Shown here in pieces: positions 19,586 through 32,089 of a stretch of 64,000 nt of DNA. The translations under genes and the position numbers were made by a program. Positions within the stretch are counted from its first letter, which is position 1; each line of letters starts with the position of its first letter. The stretch covers positions 672,001 through 736,000 of the forward strand of contig CAWJSJ010000001.1 of the NCBI GenBank assembly GCA_963845565.1, in the 5' to 3' direction. Source of the stretch: an uncultured Methylomirabilota bacterium (GTDB lineage: Bacteria > Methylomirabilota > Methylomirabilia > Methylomirabilales > 2-02-FULL-66-22). Under the pieces are notes generated by a model that was not told the origin of the DNA, did not search any database, and saw only the letters and a list, made by a program, of their open reading frames with translations.

Positions 19586-19616
19586 ACACGTTCGGAATCA
19601 CGGAATAGGGAAACCC

Positions 19617-20483
19617 ATGCTGCTGCAACAGATCGTGAACGGTCTCACGCAGGGGAGCCTGTACGCCCTGGTGGCCATCGGCTTCGTCATCGTCTTCGGC
19701 ACGATGAATCTCGTCACCTTCGCCCACGGCGAGGTCTACATGCTCGGCGCCTTCGTGGGCTACTTCGTCATGTCGGTGTGGGGACTTCCCTGGCCGCTGG
19801 CTCTCGCCCTGGCGATGGCCGCGGGCTGGATACTCGGCGTGCTCACCGAGAAGCTGGCCTTCCGTCCCATGCGCACCGTCGGGCACATGCCCCCGCTGCT
19901 CATCACGATCGGGCTCTCGATCATCATGAAGGAGGCCGTGATGGTGACCCTGGGGGCCGAGAATCGGCCGGTCCCCTCCATCTATGAGCAGACGGTCCAG
20001 CTGGGAGGGGCACAGATCTCGCTGCTCCAGATCGTCATTCTGGGCATCGTCGTCCTGCTCATCGTCGGACTCCAACTCTTCATCCAGGGGACCAAGATCG
20101 GGCGCGCGATGCGCGCCACGGCGCAGGACTACGAGGCGGCGTGCGCCATGGGGGTCAACGCCGACCGGGTCTTCAACATCGCCTTCGCCTTGGCCTCGCT
20201 CCTGGGTGGCGCAGGCGGAGTCCTGGTCGGGATCTACTACAACGCCGTCTCCGCCACCATGGGGGGGATGGCCGGCTTGAAAGGTTTCGCCGCCTGCATC
20301 TTCGGCGGCCTGACGAGCATCCCCGGGGCCATCCTGGGCGCGCTGATCATCGGCGTCACCGAGAACCTGACGGTGCAGTACCTGGCGTCCGGGTATCGAG
20401 ACATCATCGGCTTTCTGGTGATGGTGGTGGTCCTGATCGTCCGCCCACAGGGGCTCTTGGGCAGCAAGATGCGAGTCGTGTAA
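19617..20483 (+). CDS. livH: ABC permease, LivH family
   Basis: QQIVNGL..GSLYAL, FAHGEVYM, GRAMRATAQD, LKGFAA..FGGL. Confidence 0.88.
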   Translation: MLLQQIVNGLTQGSLYALVAIGFVIVFGTMNLVTFAHGEVYMLGAFVGYFVMSVWGLPWPLALALAMAAGWILGVLTEKLAFRPMRTVGHMPPLLITIGLSIIMKEAVMVTLGAENRPVPSIYEQTVQLGGAQISLLQIVILGIVVLLIVGLQLFIQGTKIGRAMRATAQDYEAACAMGVNADRVFNIAFALASLLGGAGGVLVGIYYNAVSATMGGMAGLKGFAACIFGGLTSIPGAILGALIIGVTENLTVQYLASGYRDIIGFLVMVVVLIVRPQGLLGSKMRVV

Positions 20484-20609
20484 CAGGTTGCTGAAAAAGG
20501 CCCACCTGCAGCGTTGTCGCGCTCGCGCGCCGCTGCGGCGTACGTGTCAAGTACGCCTCGCGTCTCGCATCACGCTCCGCCTTGCATGTCGACCTTTTTG
20601 AGCAACCTG
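20484..20609 (+). mobile_element. MITE-like repeat family C, copy 3
   Basis: CAGGTTGCTGAAAAAG..CTTTTTGAGCAACCTG immediately after the livH TAA. Confidence 0.85.
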
Positions 20610-20661
20610 AGCAATTACAAGTTTTTGGCATCCTTCTAAGAAGTGCGAAAGTGATCTAACG

Positions 20662-21660
20662 ATGCCTCTGTATACCTTCACGCCACAGCGGAACAATCTG
20701 TGGATCTGGCTCCCCGTCCTGGGAGCGCTGCTGCTCTTTCCCATGTTCGTCAAGAGCGAGTACATCCTCAACGTGGCGGTCCTGGCCGGAATCTACGTGA
20801 TCCTGACCATGGGACTGAACATCACCAACGGCTGGACGGGGCTGATGTCCTTCGGCTATGCCGCCTTCTACGGGATCGGAGCCTATACGGCAGCCATCCT
20901 GGCGACGCGATACGGGATGCCCTTCTGGCTCACCTTCGCGGCGGGCGGGCTGGTGGCCGGTCTGTTCGGTGTGGCCATCGCCCTGCCCACCCTCCGCCTG
21001 AAGGGGATCTTTCTGGCCCTCATCACCATCGGTTTCCAGGAAATCGTGTTCCTGGTGACGCTCAACTGGACAAGCCTCACCCGCGGCCCCATGGGGATCC
21101 CCGGAATCCCGCCGCCGACCATTGCCGGATACAGCTTTAACAGCAACCGGGACTTCTTCTATTTGATCCTGGCACTCAATGTGGTGATGGTGTTCGTGGT
21201 GTCGCGGCTCATGGCGTCGCGGGTGGGACGCGCGTTCATTGCGATCCGGGAGGACGAGGTAGCCGCCCAATCCGTCGGGATCCCGCTCTTTCCCACCAAG
21301 GTTCTCTCCTTCGTCGTCTCGACGGTCATGGCGGGAGTGGCGGGCGCCTTTTTTGCGCACCACGCGCGTTTTGTCAGCGCGGATTCGTTTCGGCTGGACG
21401 AGACCTTCGTTGTTCTGACGATGCTCATCGTCGGGGGGATGGGGACGCTCATCGGGCCGATCATCGGCGCCGTGTTCCTGGTCATCTTCCCGGAGGCCGC
21501 GCGTTTTCTGTCGCACTACCGGGAAATCGTGTACGGGTCCATCCTGATCCTCGTGATTCTCTTCCGACCGGAGGGCATCGCGGGGATTCCCGGAATCATC
21601 CATTCCCCGATCAAGAAGAAGGCCGCCTTGGCGACATCCCAGGGAGGGGCGGCGCGATGA
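20662..21660 (+). CDS. livM: ABC permease, LivM family
   Basis: GLNI..G.TGLMSFG, LRLKG, LTRGPMG, GRAFIAIREDE, VGGMG, FRPEG. Confidence 0.88.
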   Translation: MPLYTFTPQRNNLWIWLPVLGALLLFPMFVKSEYILNVAVLAGIYVILTMGLNITNGWTGLMSFGYAAFYGIGAYTAAILATRYGMPFWLTFAAGGLVAGLFGVAIALPTLRLKGIFLALITIGFQEIVFLVTLNWTSLTRGPMGIPGIPPPTIAGYSFNSNRDFFYLILALNVVMVFVVSRLMASRVGRAFIAIREDEVAAQSVGIPLFPTKVLSFVVSTVMAGVAGAFFAHHARFVSADSFRLDETFVVLTMLIVGGMGTLIGPIIGAVFLVIFPEAARFLSHYREIVYGSILILVILFRPEGIAGIPGIIHSPIKKKAALATSQGGAAR

Positions 21661-22428
21661 GCAATATCCTCGAGGTGCGCTCGCTCAGCATGAATTTCGG
21701 GGGTCTGGCAGCGCTCAAACAAGTCGATTTCGGCGTGGCGGAGGGTACGGTCGTCGGGCTGATCGGGCCCAACGGGGCCGGCAAGACGACCATGTTCAAC
21801 TGCCTGAGCGGTTTCCTCACGCCGACACACGGCGACGTGCTCTTCCGAGGAACCTCCGTCATGCGCCTCGCTCCTCACCAGATCACGGCGCTCGGAATGA
21901 CTCGGACGTTCCAAACGAGTCGAGTCTTCAAGCGCATGACCGTGATGGACCACATGATGGTGGGCGCACATCTTCATCAGCAGGCCGGCTTCTGGGCCGG
22001 TGTGTTCCGGCCCGGCTGGGTCGGCCGCGAGGAGGCAGACGCCCGGGCGCACGGCCTGAAGACCCTGGAACTCTTCGGAGAAGACCTCCTGCCGTGTCTG
22101 GACGATTACGCCGACACCCTGTCGTACGCCAACAAGCGGCGCCTGGAGATCGCCCGCGCGCTGGCGGCGGAGCCCAAACTGCTCTTGCTCGACGAGCCGA
22201 CGGCGGGTATGAACCCGCACGAGAGCGCGGCCGTGGTGCAGCTCATGCGGACGATCCAGCAGGCCGGCGTGACGGTGCTCCTCATCGAACACGATATGAA
22301 GGTGATCATGGGTGTGTCGGATCGCATCGTGGTCCTCGACCACGGGGAGAAGATCGCGGAAGGCTTGCCGGAGGCGATCCGACGGAACGAGGCGGTGATC
22401 CAGGCCTATATGGGGAGGCGGCACGCCA

Positions 22429-22436
<8 letters not shown>
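21657..22436 (+). CDS. livG: ABC ATP-binding protein, LivG family
   Basis: GPNGAGKTT, RTFQ, LLLLDEP, IEHDM. Confidence 0.9.
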
Positions 22437-23133
<697 letters not shown>

Positions 23134-23171
23134 GCGGGCATCTTGACTCGAGCGGCAAGGGAGACGCACCG

Positions 23172-24095
23172 ATGAACAAAATCGATCGCCTTCGCGCAAC
23201 GCTTGCCGGGCAACCGGTTGACTATCCGCCCATGACCATCTGGTATCACTTCGGTAATCAACACTCCTCAGCCGAGGTCACCGCGCAGGTGCATCTGGAG
23301 TTCTTCGCCCATTACGATCTCGACCTGCTGAAACTCATGAACGACTACGACTATCCCAACCCGCCGGGCTGCGAGGTGCTGGCCACCGCGGCGGATCTGA
23401 GGCGGTTGGAGCGTTTCGAGGTGATGAAGAGCCCGTTCGGTTTGCAGTTGCACGCCGTCGAACGGGTGGCGAAGGCGCTCAGGGGCAAGGCGCTCTTCGT
23501 GGACACGATGTTCAATGCCTGGAACACGCTGCGCCGGAACCTCACCAAGGAAGCCACCGAACCGCTGATGAGCCGGCATCCGGAAGCGGTGGAGCAGGCG
23601 CTGGGGGTGATCAACGAGAACTTGATCGCGTATGCGCTGGCCACGCTGGAGCGTGGCGCCGCCGGAATCTTCCTGTCGGTCCCCGCCAGCGAGGAGTTCG
23701 TCACCCGCGAGCAGTACGAGCGGTTCATGCGTCCCTTCGACCTCGCGCTGCTGAATGCGGTGCGCGGAAAGGGGGAGTGTCACATCCTGCACGCGCACGG
23801 TGCGAAGCTCTATCTGGATCGACTGCTCGACTACCCCGCGCACGTCCTGTCGTGGGCGGACCTGAACGGCGGTCCCAGCATCACCGAGGCGCGTCGGCGG
23901 ACCTCCCTGACGCTGATGGGCGGCATCGACCACGTGAAATTCCCGTACTCGTCGGCGACGCTCCTCCGGGAGCAAGTGGCGGCCGCGAGGGCGCAGGCGG
24001 GCGGGACGAAGTTCATCCTGGCCCCAGGCTGCTCCGTCGCCACCTACAGCTTCCCGCCCCTGATCCAGGCGGTGCGGGACGCCGCGCGGCGGTGA
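23172..24095 (+). CDS. Uroporphyrinogen decarboxylase (URO-D/MtaA)-superfamily protein
   Basis: W.HF, DLLKLM, YERF..PFDL, ILHAHG, LMGGID, ILAPGC; lacks the HemE RQAGR motif. Confidence 0.75.
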   Translation: MNKIDRLRATLAGQPVDYPPMTIWYHFGNQHSSAEVTAQVHLEFFAHYDLDLLKLMNDYDYPNPPGCEVLATAADLRRLERFEVMKSPFGLQLHAVERVAKALRGKALFVDTMFNAWNTLRRNLTKEATEPLMSRHPEAVEQALGVINENLIAYALATLERGAAGIFLSVPASEEFVTREQYERFMRPFDLALLNAVRGKGECHILHAHGAKLYLDRLLDYPAHVLSWADLNGGPSITEARRRTSLTLMGGIDHVKFPYSSATLLREQVAAARAQAGGTKFILAPGCSVATYSFPPLIQAVRDAARR

Positions 24096-25670
24096 CTCGG
24101 TCGGGCCCGTTCCTGGTCGCGCTGGACATCGGAACGGGATCGGTTCGCGCCCACTTGCTGGACGTCCGCGGGGTGCGGGTCGCGTCGGCGTCGCGTCCCG
24201 TTCGCCTGGATCTAGGCGCGGACGGACGTGCCGAGGTCGATCTCGAGCAGATCTGGGGGCATGTCTGCGCCGTCCTCCCGGAGATCCTCGCCAACATCGC
24301 GCCCGGGCGCCTCCTCGCGCTGGGCGTGGCCAGCGCGCTGGGATATGTCCTCCTCGATGAACAAGGACGGCCTTTAGGGGGATCCATTCTCTGGATGGAT
24401 CGCCGTGCCGGTGTCGAAGCGGTCCAACTTGCCTCACTCCTGAACGAGGAGCGGCTCTACCGCATCACCGGCCGGAATCTGGATCCCGAGATCTTCCTGG
24501 CCAAGCTCCTCTGGATACGCCGCCACGAGCCCGAACGGTACGCCCGCACGCGCTGTTTCGTCGGGACCAAAGACGACGTCATCCGTCGGCTGACGGGTGC
24601 GATCGCCTCCGACCCGACGCACGCCTCGTACAGCATGCTGTACGATGTGGTCCGACGAGCGTGGAGCGACGAGATCCTCTCCGCCACCGACGTCTCGCGG
24701 TCCCTCCTGCCGCCCTTGCGGCGAGCCGCCGAGGTGGCAGGACGCGTCACGCGGGAGGCGGCGTCCTGCACCGGATTGCCTGAGGGGCTTCCGGTCGTGA
24801 CGGGCGCATCCGACGGAACGGTCGGGTGCCTGGCGGCCGGTATCGCGACACCAGGAACGGCGGTCAACGTCACCGGGACCAGCGATGTTCTGATGACCAG
24901 CACGACCCATCCGATCCTGGATCCGGAACGGCGAACGCTGCTGAACCCCCATCCGGTGGCCGACGGCTGGATGGTGGGTGGGATCATGGGCACGACCGGT
25001 GGCGCGCTGAAGTGGTTCGCGGAGACCTGCTGTCGCGATCTGCCAGCAATCGATCGGTATCGCATCCTGGACGCGGAGGCGGCCAACGTCGGCGTCGGTG
25101 CCCGGGGCGTCATCTGCCTTACCGGATTGACCGGTGAGCGTGCACCCCTCTGGAATCCGGCTGGCGCGGGGCGTGCTTTTCGGCCTGGACCTGGGCCACG
25201 GGCGAGCGGAGATCGTTCGGGCGATTCTCGAAGGCGTTGCGCTGGGTGTTCGGTCGGTGGCGGAGGTTCTCCGGGAGAGCGGGGCGGACATCCGAAGGAT
25301 CCGGGTGGTGGGCGGCGGAGCCGCCAGCGCGCTCTGGAACCAGATCCGGGCGGATGCCATCGGGGTCCCCGTGGAGCGGCCGTCACTGACTGAAGGGACG
25401 GCCACGGGAATCGCGGTGCTGGCCGGACTCGGCGTCGGGGTATATTTGGACCTTGCCGAGGCGGCGCGCACCATCGCGCCGGTCGATGCGGTGTACGTCC
25501 CCGACCCGGTCCGCCATCAGGCGTATGACGCACTGGCGACCGTCCGCCAGGCCGTGTACGCGGGCGCGTGCGAGCCCTTCAGCGCGTTGAATCGGTGGCG
25601 GGTGGGCACCGAAACGCCTCCAGCGCCAGGCCGGAGTGGTGACGTGGACACTGCGAGGGGAGTGCGGTGA
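24092..25670 (+). CDS. FGGY carbohydrate kinase (xylulokinase-like), +1 frameshift near 25160
   Basis: DIGTGS, WMDRR, KLLWI, GTSD, GERAP in one frame; ARGVLFGL..RAILEGVA..VGGGA..WNQIRAD in the next frame. Confidence 0.85.
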
Positions 25671-26185
25671 ACATCTACCTGTGCGGCATGATCGGTTCCG
25701 GCAAGAGCGCCATCGGCGAGCGTCTCGCGGCGGATCTCGGCTGGACCTTCTACGATCTCGACCGCGAGATGGATCACGAGTTGGGGCGCAGCTTTCACGA
25801 ACTTGTGCGCGAGCAGGGCTGGCTGGCCTTCCGCGAGCTCGAGTACGCCATCTGTTCCCGGTTTGCACGAAAGCATCGCAGCGTGGTGGCCCTCGGCGGG
25901 GGAACGGTCCGATACGCGTGGAATCGAGATATTCTGCGGGGGACGGGCACGATGGTCCTGCTGGAAGCGGACCTCGCCGTCCTGGCGGAGCGGGTGCGCC
26001 GGGCCGATCGGCCGCGGGTGAACCCGGGGGTGTCCCTGGAGGAAGATCTGCAGCGGATCTGGTCGGCGACTTCCCACCTCTATCGCGACGCCGCCGACCT
26101 GGTGTACCGGACGGATGCGGGCGGCAGCGTCGAGGAGGAAGTGGAAGAGATCCTGTCGCTCCTCAAGGCCCGGGGGGTCGGTTGA
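25667..26185 (+). CDS. Shikimate kinase-like protein
   Basis: GMIGSGKS, YDLD, FRELE, LGGG, RP lid. Confidence 0.8.
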   Translation: MNIYLCGMIGSGKSAIGERLAADLGWTFYDLDREMDHELGRSFHELVREQGWLAFRELEYAICSRFARKHRSVVALGGGTVRYAWNRDILRGTGTMVLLEADLAVLAERVRRADRPRVNPGVSLEEDLQRIWSATSHLYRDAADLVYRTDAGGSVEEEVEEILSLLKARGVG

Positions 26186-26302
26186 CGGGCGAAGCTCCCG
26201 GCCGGCAGTGCACCCTGAAACCTGGCCTCCCTCCAAGAGGTGACCGCTAGCCGCTCCCCGAACCGCCGACGCGCGAGGTGGAGTCGCGCTCGGAGATCGA
26301 GA

Positions 26303-27241
26303 TCATTCCGCCCCCGGAGGCGCCGGGACCCGGCGCGTCGCCGCAGGCGCGTGGTCCGGGCCACCGGATTGGCGGAGCAGCTCCAGGAAGCGGGCCGTGG
26401 TCGGCGCCAAGGTCTTGCCGCGACGATAGATGATGCCGAGCGGGCGTACCAGCTCCGTCATGGCGAGCGGGATCGCCGCCAGCGTACGATTCCCTACCTC
26501 CTTCATGATCGTGGGCTGCGGCAGGATGCTCACCCCGGCGCCCACGGCGATGGCCTGTTTGATGGTCTCGGTGTTGTCGAATTCCATCACCACCTTCGGC
26601 CGAGCCTGGTGCTGACGCAGGCACCGGTCGATCGCCTTCCGGATTCGCAGGTCGGTATCGAACGCGACGAAATTCTCCTCATTCAGGTCGGCGGGGGCCA
26701 CCACCCGGCGTCGGGCAAGCCGGTGCGAGGGGTGGCAGACGAAGACCATCGTCTCGGAACGCCAGGCCAGGAGGGTCAGCGAGCGGTTGGCGGGGGCATA
26801 GGCGAGAATGCCCAGGTCCGCCTCGTCGTTGAGGACGGCCTCGACCACCTTGTCCGGGTGCAGGTACTGGAGGCGGATGCGTGATTGGGGGTACAGGGAC
26901 ATGAAACGCCGGGTATGTTCGCTCATGATGTGGATGCCGACCGAGTAGATGGCCGCCACCCGCACACTTCCCGCCACCTGGGTCCTCGCAGAGGCCACCG
27001 ATGCGCGGAGCGCCTCGAAGTCGTCCAGGAGGGAGCGGCCCCCCTCGTAGAAGCGTTGACCTTCCGGGGTGAGCATGAACGGACGCTTGCTGCGATCGAT
27101 CAGGCGAACCTCCAGATCCGATTCGAGCTGCTGGATGGCCTGACTGGCGGCGGACTGGGACAGTTGGTTGAGCGCCGCGCCTTCGGAGAAGCTCCGCAGC
27201 CGTGCGATGTCGCAGTAGAGTTTTAGGGTGTCGAGGTTCAT
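26303..27241 (-). CDS. LysR-family regulator divergent from gltBD
   Basis: MNLDTLKLYCDIARLRSFSEGA..SQSAASQAIQQLE..LIDR..LTPEG; real start at 27241 inside a longer shadow ORF. Confidence 0.92.
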   Translation of the reverse strand: MNLDTLKLYCDIARLRSFSEGAALNQLSQSAASQAIQQLESDLEVRLIDRSKRPFMLTPEGQRFYEGGRSLLDDFEALRASVASARTQVAGSVRVAAIYSVGIHIMSEHTRRFMSLYPQSRIRLQYLHPDKVVEAVLNDEADLGILAYAPANRSLTLLAWRSETMVFVCHPSHRLARRRVVAPADLNEENFVAFDTDLRIRKAIDRCLRQHQARPKVVMEFDNTETIKQAIAVGAGVSILPQPTIMKEVGNRTLAAIPLAMTELVRPLGIIYRRGKTLAPTTARFLELLRQSGGPDHAPAATRRVPAPPGAE

Positions 27242-27329
27242 GGGGTCGAGCCCTCTGAACGGGAGGCGCGCGGGGAGCGAATCCGCGCGGTGCCTCCGGT
27301 TTCCGGGCGAGGCCGCTGTCAAACGGTGA

Positions 27330-27395
27330 CACGATACTATATAAGTAATTCTAATGTAAAGTATATTTCCTGTTTCGTGTAACTTATCTTGACGC
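27330..27395. promoter_or_regulatory. AT-rich divergent promoter region with candidate LysR T-N11-A boxes
   Basis: GATACTATATAAGTAATTCTAATGTAAAGTATATTTC..AACTTATCTTGACG in GC-rich context. Confidence 0.5.
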
Positions 27396-27523
27396 CTCCG
27401 GCCACATTTGCGACACTCCCCCCAGGTCGGCGAAGGCGAGGTGCCCATGGACGGATGCAGCAAACGAGACGCTGCCGTTCGTGAGGTGGGTGGGCTCCTG
27501 AACGAAAGGTAAGGGTAGCAAGG

Positions 27524-30500
27524 ATGGCGCATCCGGATCTTCCCAGGCAGCAAGGACTCTACGATCCCGACTATGAACATGATAGCTGCGGGGTCGGTTT
27601 CGTGGTGGATATCGCGGGCCGCAAATCCCACCGGATCGTCGAGCAAGCGCTCACGATCCTCAAGAATCTGTTGCATCGCGGCGCTTGCGGGTGCGAGGCG
27701 AACACCGGCGACGGCGCCGGGATCCTGCTCCAGATCCCCGATGCCTTTTTCCGTCGCGAGTGCGCGCGACTGGGGATCGCACTCCCACGGCCGAAGGAAT
27801 ATGGGGTCGGTATGGTCAGCCTGCCGACGGACGCCAACGACCGGGTAGCGTGCCAGGCCCTGTTCGACCGCATCGTACGAGACGAGGGGCAGATCCCACT
27901 CGGCTGGCGGGATGTCCGCACCGACCGCGGGCCCATCGGCGACACGGCGCGCCGAAACGAGCCGGTCTTCCGCCAGATCTTCATCGGCCGGGGCGGTTCG
28001 CTCCGCGACGCGGCGCAATTCGAGCGCACCCTGTACCTGATCCGGAAGCGGATGGAAAACGGGATCCTGACGAGCGGCCTCGAGCAGAAGAACTACTTCT
28101 ACGTTGGGAGCCTTTCCTGCAACACGATCGTCTACAAGGGGATGCTCTCGGCCGATCAGATCGAGGCATATTTCCCGGACATCACCGACCCCACCGTGGA
28201 GAGCGCCCTGGCGCTCGTCCACCAGCGCTTCAGCACCAACACCTTTCCGACCTGGTCTCTTGCGCACCCCTTCCGGTATCTGGCCCATAACGGGGAGATC
28301 AATACGTTGCGCGGGAACATCAACTGGATGCGCGCGCGCGAGCGGCTGTTCGAATCGGACCTCTTCGGGGACCGGATCCGCGACCTGCTGCCTGTCATCC
28401 GCGAGGGCGGCAGCGATTCGGCGATGCTGGATAACGCGCTGGAGATGCTGGTCATGTGCGGCCGCTCGCTCCCGCACGCGGTGATGATGCTCATCCCCGA
28501 AGCGTGGAACAAGCACGAGAGCATGAGCGCGGAAAAGAAGGCGTTCTACGAGTACCATTCCTGCCTGATGGAGCCGTGGGACGGCCCCGCCTCCATCTCC
28601 TTCACGGACGGGACCGTGATCGGGGCGGTCCTGGACCGGAACGGGCTGCGGCCATCGCGCTACTACGTGACCCGGGATAATCTGCTGATCCTCGCATCCG
28701 AGGTCGGGGTGCTCGATATTCCCCCCGAGGACATCGTGCTCAAGGAGCGGCTCCACCCCGGCCGCATGCTCTTGGTGGACACCGCCCAGGGCCGGATCAT
28801 CGACGACGCGGAGCTGAAACGGACCATCGCGTCGGAACAGCCCTATGGGGAATGGCTGCGGCAGCACGCGGCGCACATCAACGACCTGCCGGCCGCCCCG
28901 GTCCACGCGCCGGACCATCAGACGGTGCTGCAGCGCCAGCAGGCCTTCGGGTACACCCATGAGGATCTGCGGATCATCATGGCGCCCATGGCGACGCGCG
29001 GCGAAGAGCCGATCGGATCCATGGGGAACGATACCTCCCTGGCGGTCCTCTCGGATCGGCCCCGGATGCTTTACGACTACTTCAAGCAACTCTTCGCGCA
29101 AGTGACGAACCCGCCGCTGGACGCCATCCGTGAGGAACTGGTGACCTCGATCGAGAGCACTGTCGGCCCCGAACGAAATCTGCTCAGACCGGAGCCCGAG
29201 AGTTGCCGGCAAATCACCATCCCGTCCCCCATTCTGAGCAACGAAGAGACCGCGAAGCTGCGCCACATCACGAGCCACGGGTTTCGATCGCTCACGCTGC
29301 CCATGCTCTTTCCGGCGGCCGAGGGGAAACGGGGCCTGGTGCGGGCGCTGGAGGCGTTGTGCCAGAAGGTGAGCCAAGCGATCGAGCGCGGCTACAGCAT
29401 CGTGGTCCTCTCTGATCGTGGCGTCGATCTCGAACACGCCCCGATCCCCGCGCTGCTGGCGACGGCAGGGGTCCATCACTACCTGATCCGCAAGGGGATG
29501 CGGACCACGGTGGGGCTGGTCATCGAGACCGGCGAGGCGCGCGAGGTGCACCACTGCGCGCTCCTGATGGGATACGGCGCCGGTGCCATCAACCCCTACC
29601 TCGCCTTCGAGACCCTGGATGACATGCTCGCGCAGGGCGGATTGCCCGACGACCTGACCCACGAGAAGGCGGTGAAGAACTACGTCAAGGGCCTCAACAA
29701 AGGGCTCCTCAAGGTCATGTCGAAGATGGGAATCTCGACCATCCAGAGCTATTGTGGCGCGCAGATCTTCGAAGCGGTGGGCCTCAACGAGGAATTCGTC
29801 AACGAGTACTTTACCTGGACGGCGTCCCGGGTTGGCGGCGTCGGACTCGAGGTCATCGCCGAAGAGGTCCTCCGGCGCCACCGGCGGGCGTTCCCGGATC
29901 GGCTGATCCGCAAACCCGACCTGGAGTGGGGCGGGGAATACCAGTGGCGGCAGGACGGGGAGAATCACCTCTTCAACCCCGACACGGTGTTCAAGCTGCA
30001 GCACGCCTGCCGATCCGGCCAATACGGGGTCTTCAAGGAGTACAGTCAACTGGTGAACGATCAGAGCCGCCGGCTCTACACGCTGCGCGGGCTGCTGGAG
30101 TTTGCGCCGGCCGCGACCCCGATCCCGCTCGAAGAGGTCGAGCCCGTCGAGAGCATCGTCAAGCGTTTCGCGACCGGCGCGATGTCCTACGGATCCATCA
30201 GCCAGGAGGCGCACGAGACGCTGGCCATCGCGATGAACCGGCTAGGCGGCCGGAGCAATACGGGCGAAGGCGGGGAGGATTCCGCGCGCTTTGTCCGTGA
30301 TCCGAACGGAGACTGGCGGCGGAGCGCCGTGAAACAGGTGGCGTCAGGCCGCTTCGGTGTCACCAGCGAGTATCTGGTCAACGCCGAGGAACTTCAGATC
30401 AAGATGGCGCAGGGGGCGAAACCTGGCGAGGGCGGGCAACTCCCCGGCCACAAGGTCTATCCGTGGATCGCCAAGGTGCGGCATTCCATGCCGGGGGTCC

Positions 30501-32089
30501 AGCTCATCTCGCCGCCGCCGCACCACGACATTTACTCGATCGAGGATCTGGCGCAGCTCATCTACGACCTGAAGAACGCCAACCCGGAGGCGCGGGTGAG
30601 CGTGAAGCTCGTTTCCGAGATCGGGGTGGGGACGGTGGCTGCCGGGGTCAGCAAGGCCCACGCGGACGTCGTCCTGATCAGCGGGCACGACGGGGGCACG
30701 GGCGCGTCGCCGCTCACCGCCATCAAGCATTCCGGGGTCCCGTGGGAGCTGGGTTTGGCTGAAACGCAGCAGGTCCTGGTTCTGAACAGGCTGCGGGATC
30801 GGATCATCGTCCAGACCGACGGACAGCTCAAGACCGGGCGCGACGTGGTGATCGCGGCACTCCTGGGCGCCGAGGAGTTTGGATTCGCCACGGCCCCGCT
30901 GGTCGTCATGGGCTGCGTCATGATGCGCGTGTGTCACCTCAACACCTGCCCGGTGGGCGTGGCCACCCAGGATCCCGAGCTTCGCAAGCGGTTCACAGGG
31001 AAGCCGGAGTACGTCGAGCGCTTCTTCCGCTTCATTGCGCAAGAGGTGCGCGAGTATATGGCGCAGCTCGGGTTCCGCACGGTGAACGAGATGATCGGCC
31101 GCTCGGATCGCCTCGAGACGCGGAAGGCCGTCGAGCACTGGAAAGCCAAGGGGCTCGATTTCTCCAAGATCCTGGCGCGGCCCGAGGTCGGACCCGACGT
31201 CGCCGTGCGTCGGGTGGTGCCCCAGGAACACGGCCTGGACAAGGCTCTGGACCATGTGTTGGTCGGTCGCTGCGCAGCGGCGCTGGAGCACGGGACGCCA
31301 GTGGCTCTGGAGTTGCCCATCAAGAACGTCAACCGGACCGTCGGGACAATCCTCGGGTATCACCTCACGAAGCGGTACGGCGGCAGCGGGCTTCCGGATG
31401 ACACGATCCGCATTCGGTTCACTGGGTCCGCCGGCCAGAGTTTCGGGGCGTTCGTTCCCTGTGGTATCACCATGGTCCTGGAAGGGGACGCCAACGACTA
31501 TTTCGGCAAGGGGTTGTCGGGCGGCCGCCTGATCGTGTTCCCGCCGTCGGTTTCGCCCTTCCTGGCCGAGGAGAACATCCTGGTCGGGAATGTTGCCCTC
31601 TATGGTGCCACCTCGGGTGAGGCCTTCCTCCGAGGCGTGGCAGGGGAGCGGTTCTGTGTTCGGAACAGTGGCGCGCACGCGGTGGTCGAGGGCGTGGGGG
31701 ATCACGGCTGCGAATACATGACCGGCGGGCGTGTTGTGATCCTGGGCGCGACAGGTCGGAACTTCGCGGCCGGCATGAGCGGCGGGATCGCGTACGTCCT
31801 GGACGAGGCGGGAGACTTCGCGCGGCGGTGCAACCGGGAACTGGTGGACCTCGAGCCACTGGAGGACGCGGAGGATATCGCGCTGGTTCTCGCGCTCATC
31901 CGCAAGCATTCGGAGCACACTCAGAGTAATCGCGCGGCCAAGGTGCTGGCTGCGTGGGACGCTCTTCGGGCGAAGTTCGTCAAGATCATGCCGCGGGATT
32001 ACCGACGCGTCCTCGGCGCCCAGGCGAAGGCCAAGAGCGAGGGGCGCGAGCCGACCTGGAATGAGCTGCTGGGGGTGCAAAATGGGTAA
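27524..32089 (+). CDS. gltB: Glutamate synthase large subunit
   Basis: [55 protein letters not shown]. Confidence 0.99.
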   Translation: MAHPDLPRQQGLYDPDYEHDSCGVGFVVDIAGRKSHRIVEQALTILKNLLHRGACGCEANTGDGAGILLQIPDAFFRRECARLGIALPRPKEYGVGMVSLPTDANDRVACQALFDRIVRDEGQIPLGWRDVRTDRGPIGDTARRNEPVFRQIFIGRGGSLRDAAQFERTLYLIRKRMENGILTSGLEQKNYFYVGSLSCNTIVYKGMLSADQIEAYFPDITDPTVESALALVHQRFSTNTFPTWSLAHPFRYLAHNGEINTLRGNINWMRARERLFESDLFGDRIRDLLPVIREGGSDSAMLDNALEMLVMCGRSLPHAVMMLIPEAWNKHESMSAEKKAFYEYHSCLMEPWDGPASISFTDGTVIGAVLDRNGLRPSRYYVTRDNLLILASEVGVLDIPPEDIVLKERLHPGRMLLVDTAQGRIIDDAELKRTIASEQPYGEWLRQHAAHINDLPAAPVHAPDHQTVLQRQQAFGYTHEDLRIIMAPMATRGEEPIGSMGNDTSLAVLSDRPRMLYDYFKQLFAQVTNPPLDAIREELVTSIESTVGPERNLLRPEPESCRQITIPSPILSNEETAKLRHITSHGFRSLTLPMLFPAAEGKRGLVRALEALCQKVSQAIERGYSIVVLSDRGVDLEHAPIPALLATAGVHHYLIRKGMRTTVGLVIETGEAREVHHCALLMGYGAGAINPYLAFETLDDMLAQGGLPDDLTHEKAVKNYVKGLNKGLLKVMSKMGISTIQSYCGAQIFEAVGLNEEFVNEYFTWTASRVGGVGLEVIAEEVLRRHRRAFPDRLIRKPDLEWGGEYQWRQDGENHLFNPDTVFKLQHACRSGQYGVFKEYSQLVNDQSRRLYTLRGLLEFAPAATPIPLEEVEPVESIVKRFATGAMSYGSISQEAHETLAIAMNRLGGRSNTGEGGEDSARFVRDPNGDWRRSAVKQVASGRFGVTSEYLVNAEELQIKMAQGAKPGEGGQLPGHKVYPWIAKVRHSMPGVQLISPPPHHDIYSIEDLAQLIYDLKNANPEARVSVKLVSEIGVGTVAAGVSKAHADVVLISGHDGGTGASPLTAIKHSGVPWELGLAETQQVLVLNRLRDRIIVQTDGQLKTGRDVVIAALLGAEEFGFATAPLVVMGCVMMRVCHLNTCPVGVATQDPELRKRFTGKPEYVERFFRFIAQEVREYMAQLGFRTVNEMIGRSDRLETRKAVEHWKAKGLDFSKILARPEVGPDVAVRRVVPQEHGLDKALDHVLVGRCAAALEHGTPVALELPIKNVNRTVGTILGYHLTKRYGGSGLPDDTIRIRFTGSAGQSFGAFVPCGITMVLEGDANDYFGKGLSGGRLIVFPPSVSPFLAEENILVGNVALYGATSGEAFLRGVAGERFCVRNSGAHAVVEGVGDHGCEYMTGGRVVILGATGRNFAAGMSGGIAYVLDEAGDFARRCNRELVDLEPLEDAEDIALVLALIRKHSEHTQSNRAAKVLAAWDALRAKFVKIMPRDYRRVLGAQAKAKSEGREPTWNELLGVQNG

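Noticed and set aside
26303..30214. 1303-aa minus-strand ORF
   Set aside because: Antisense shadow of gltB fused in frame to the real LysR gene, which starts at 27241
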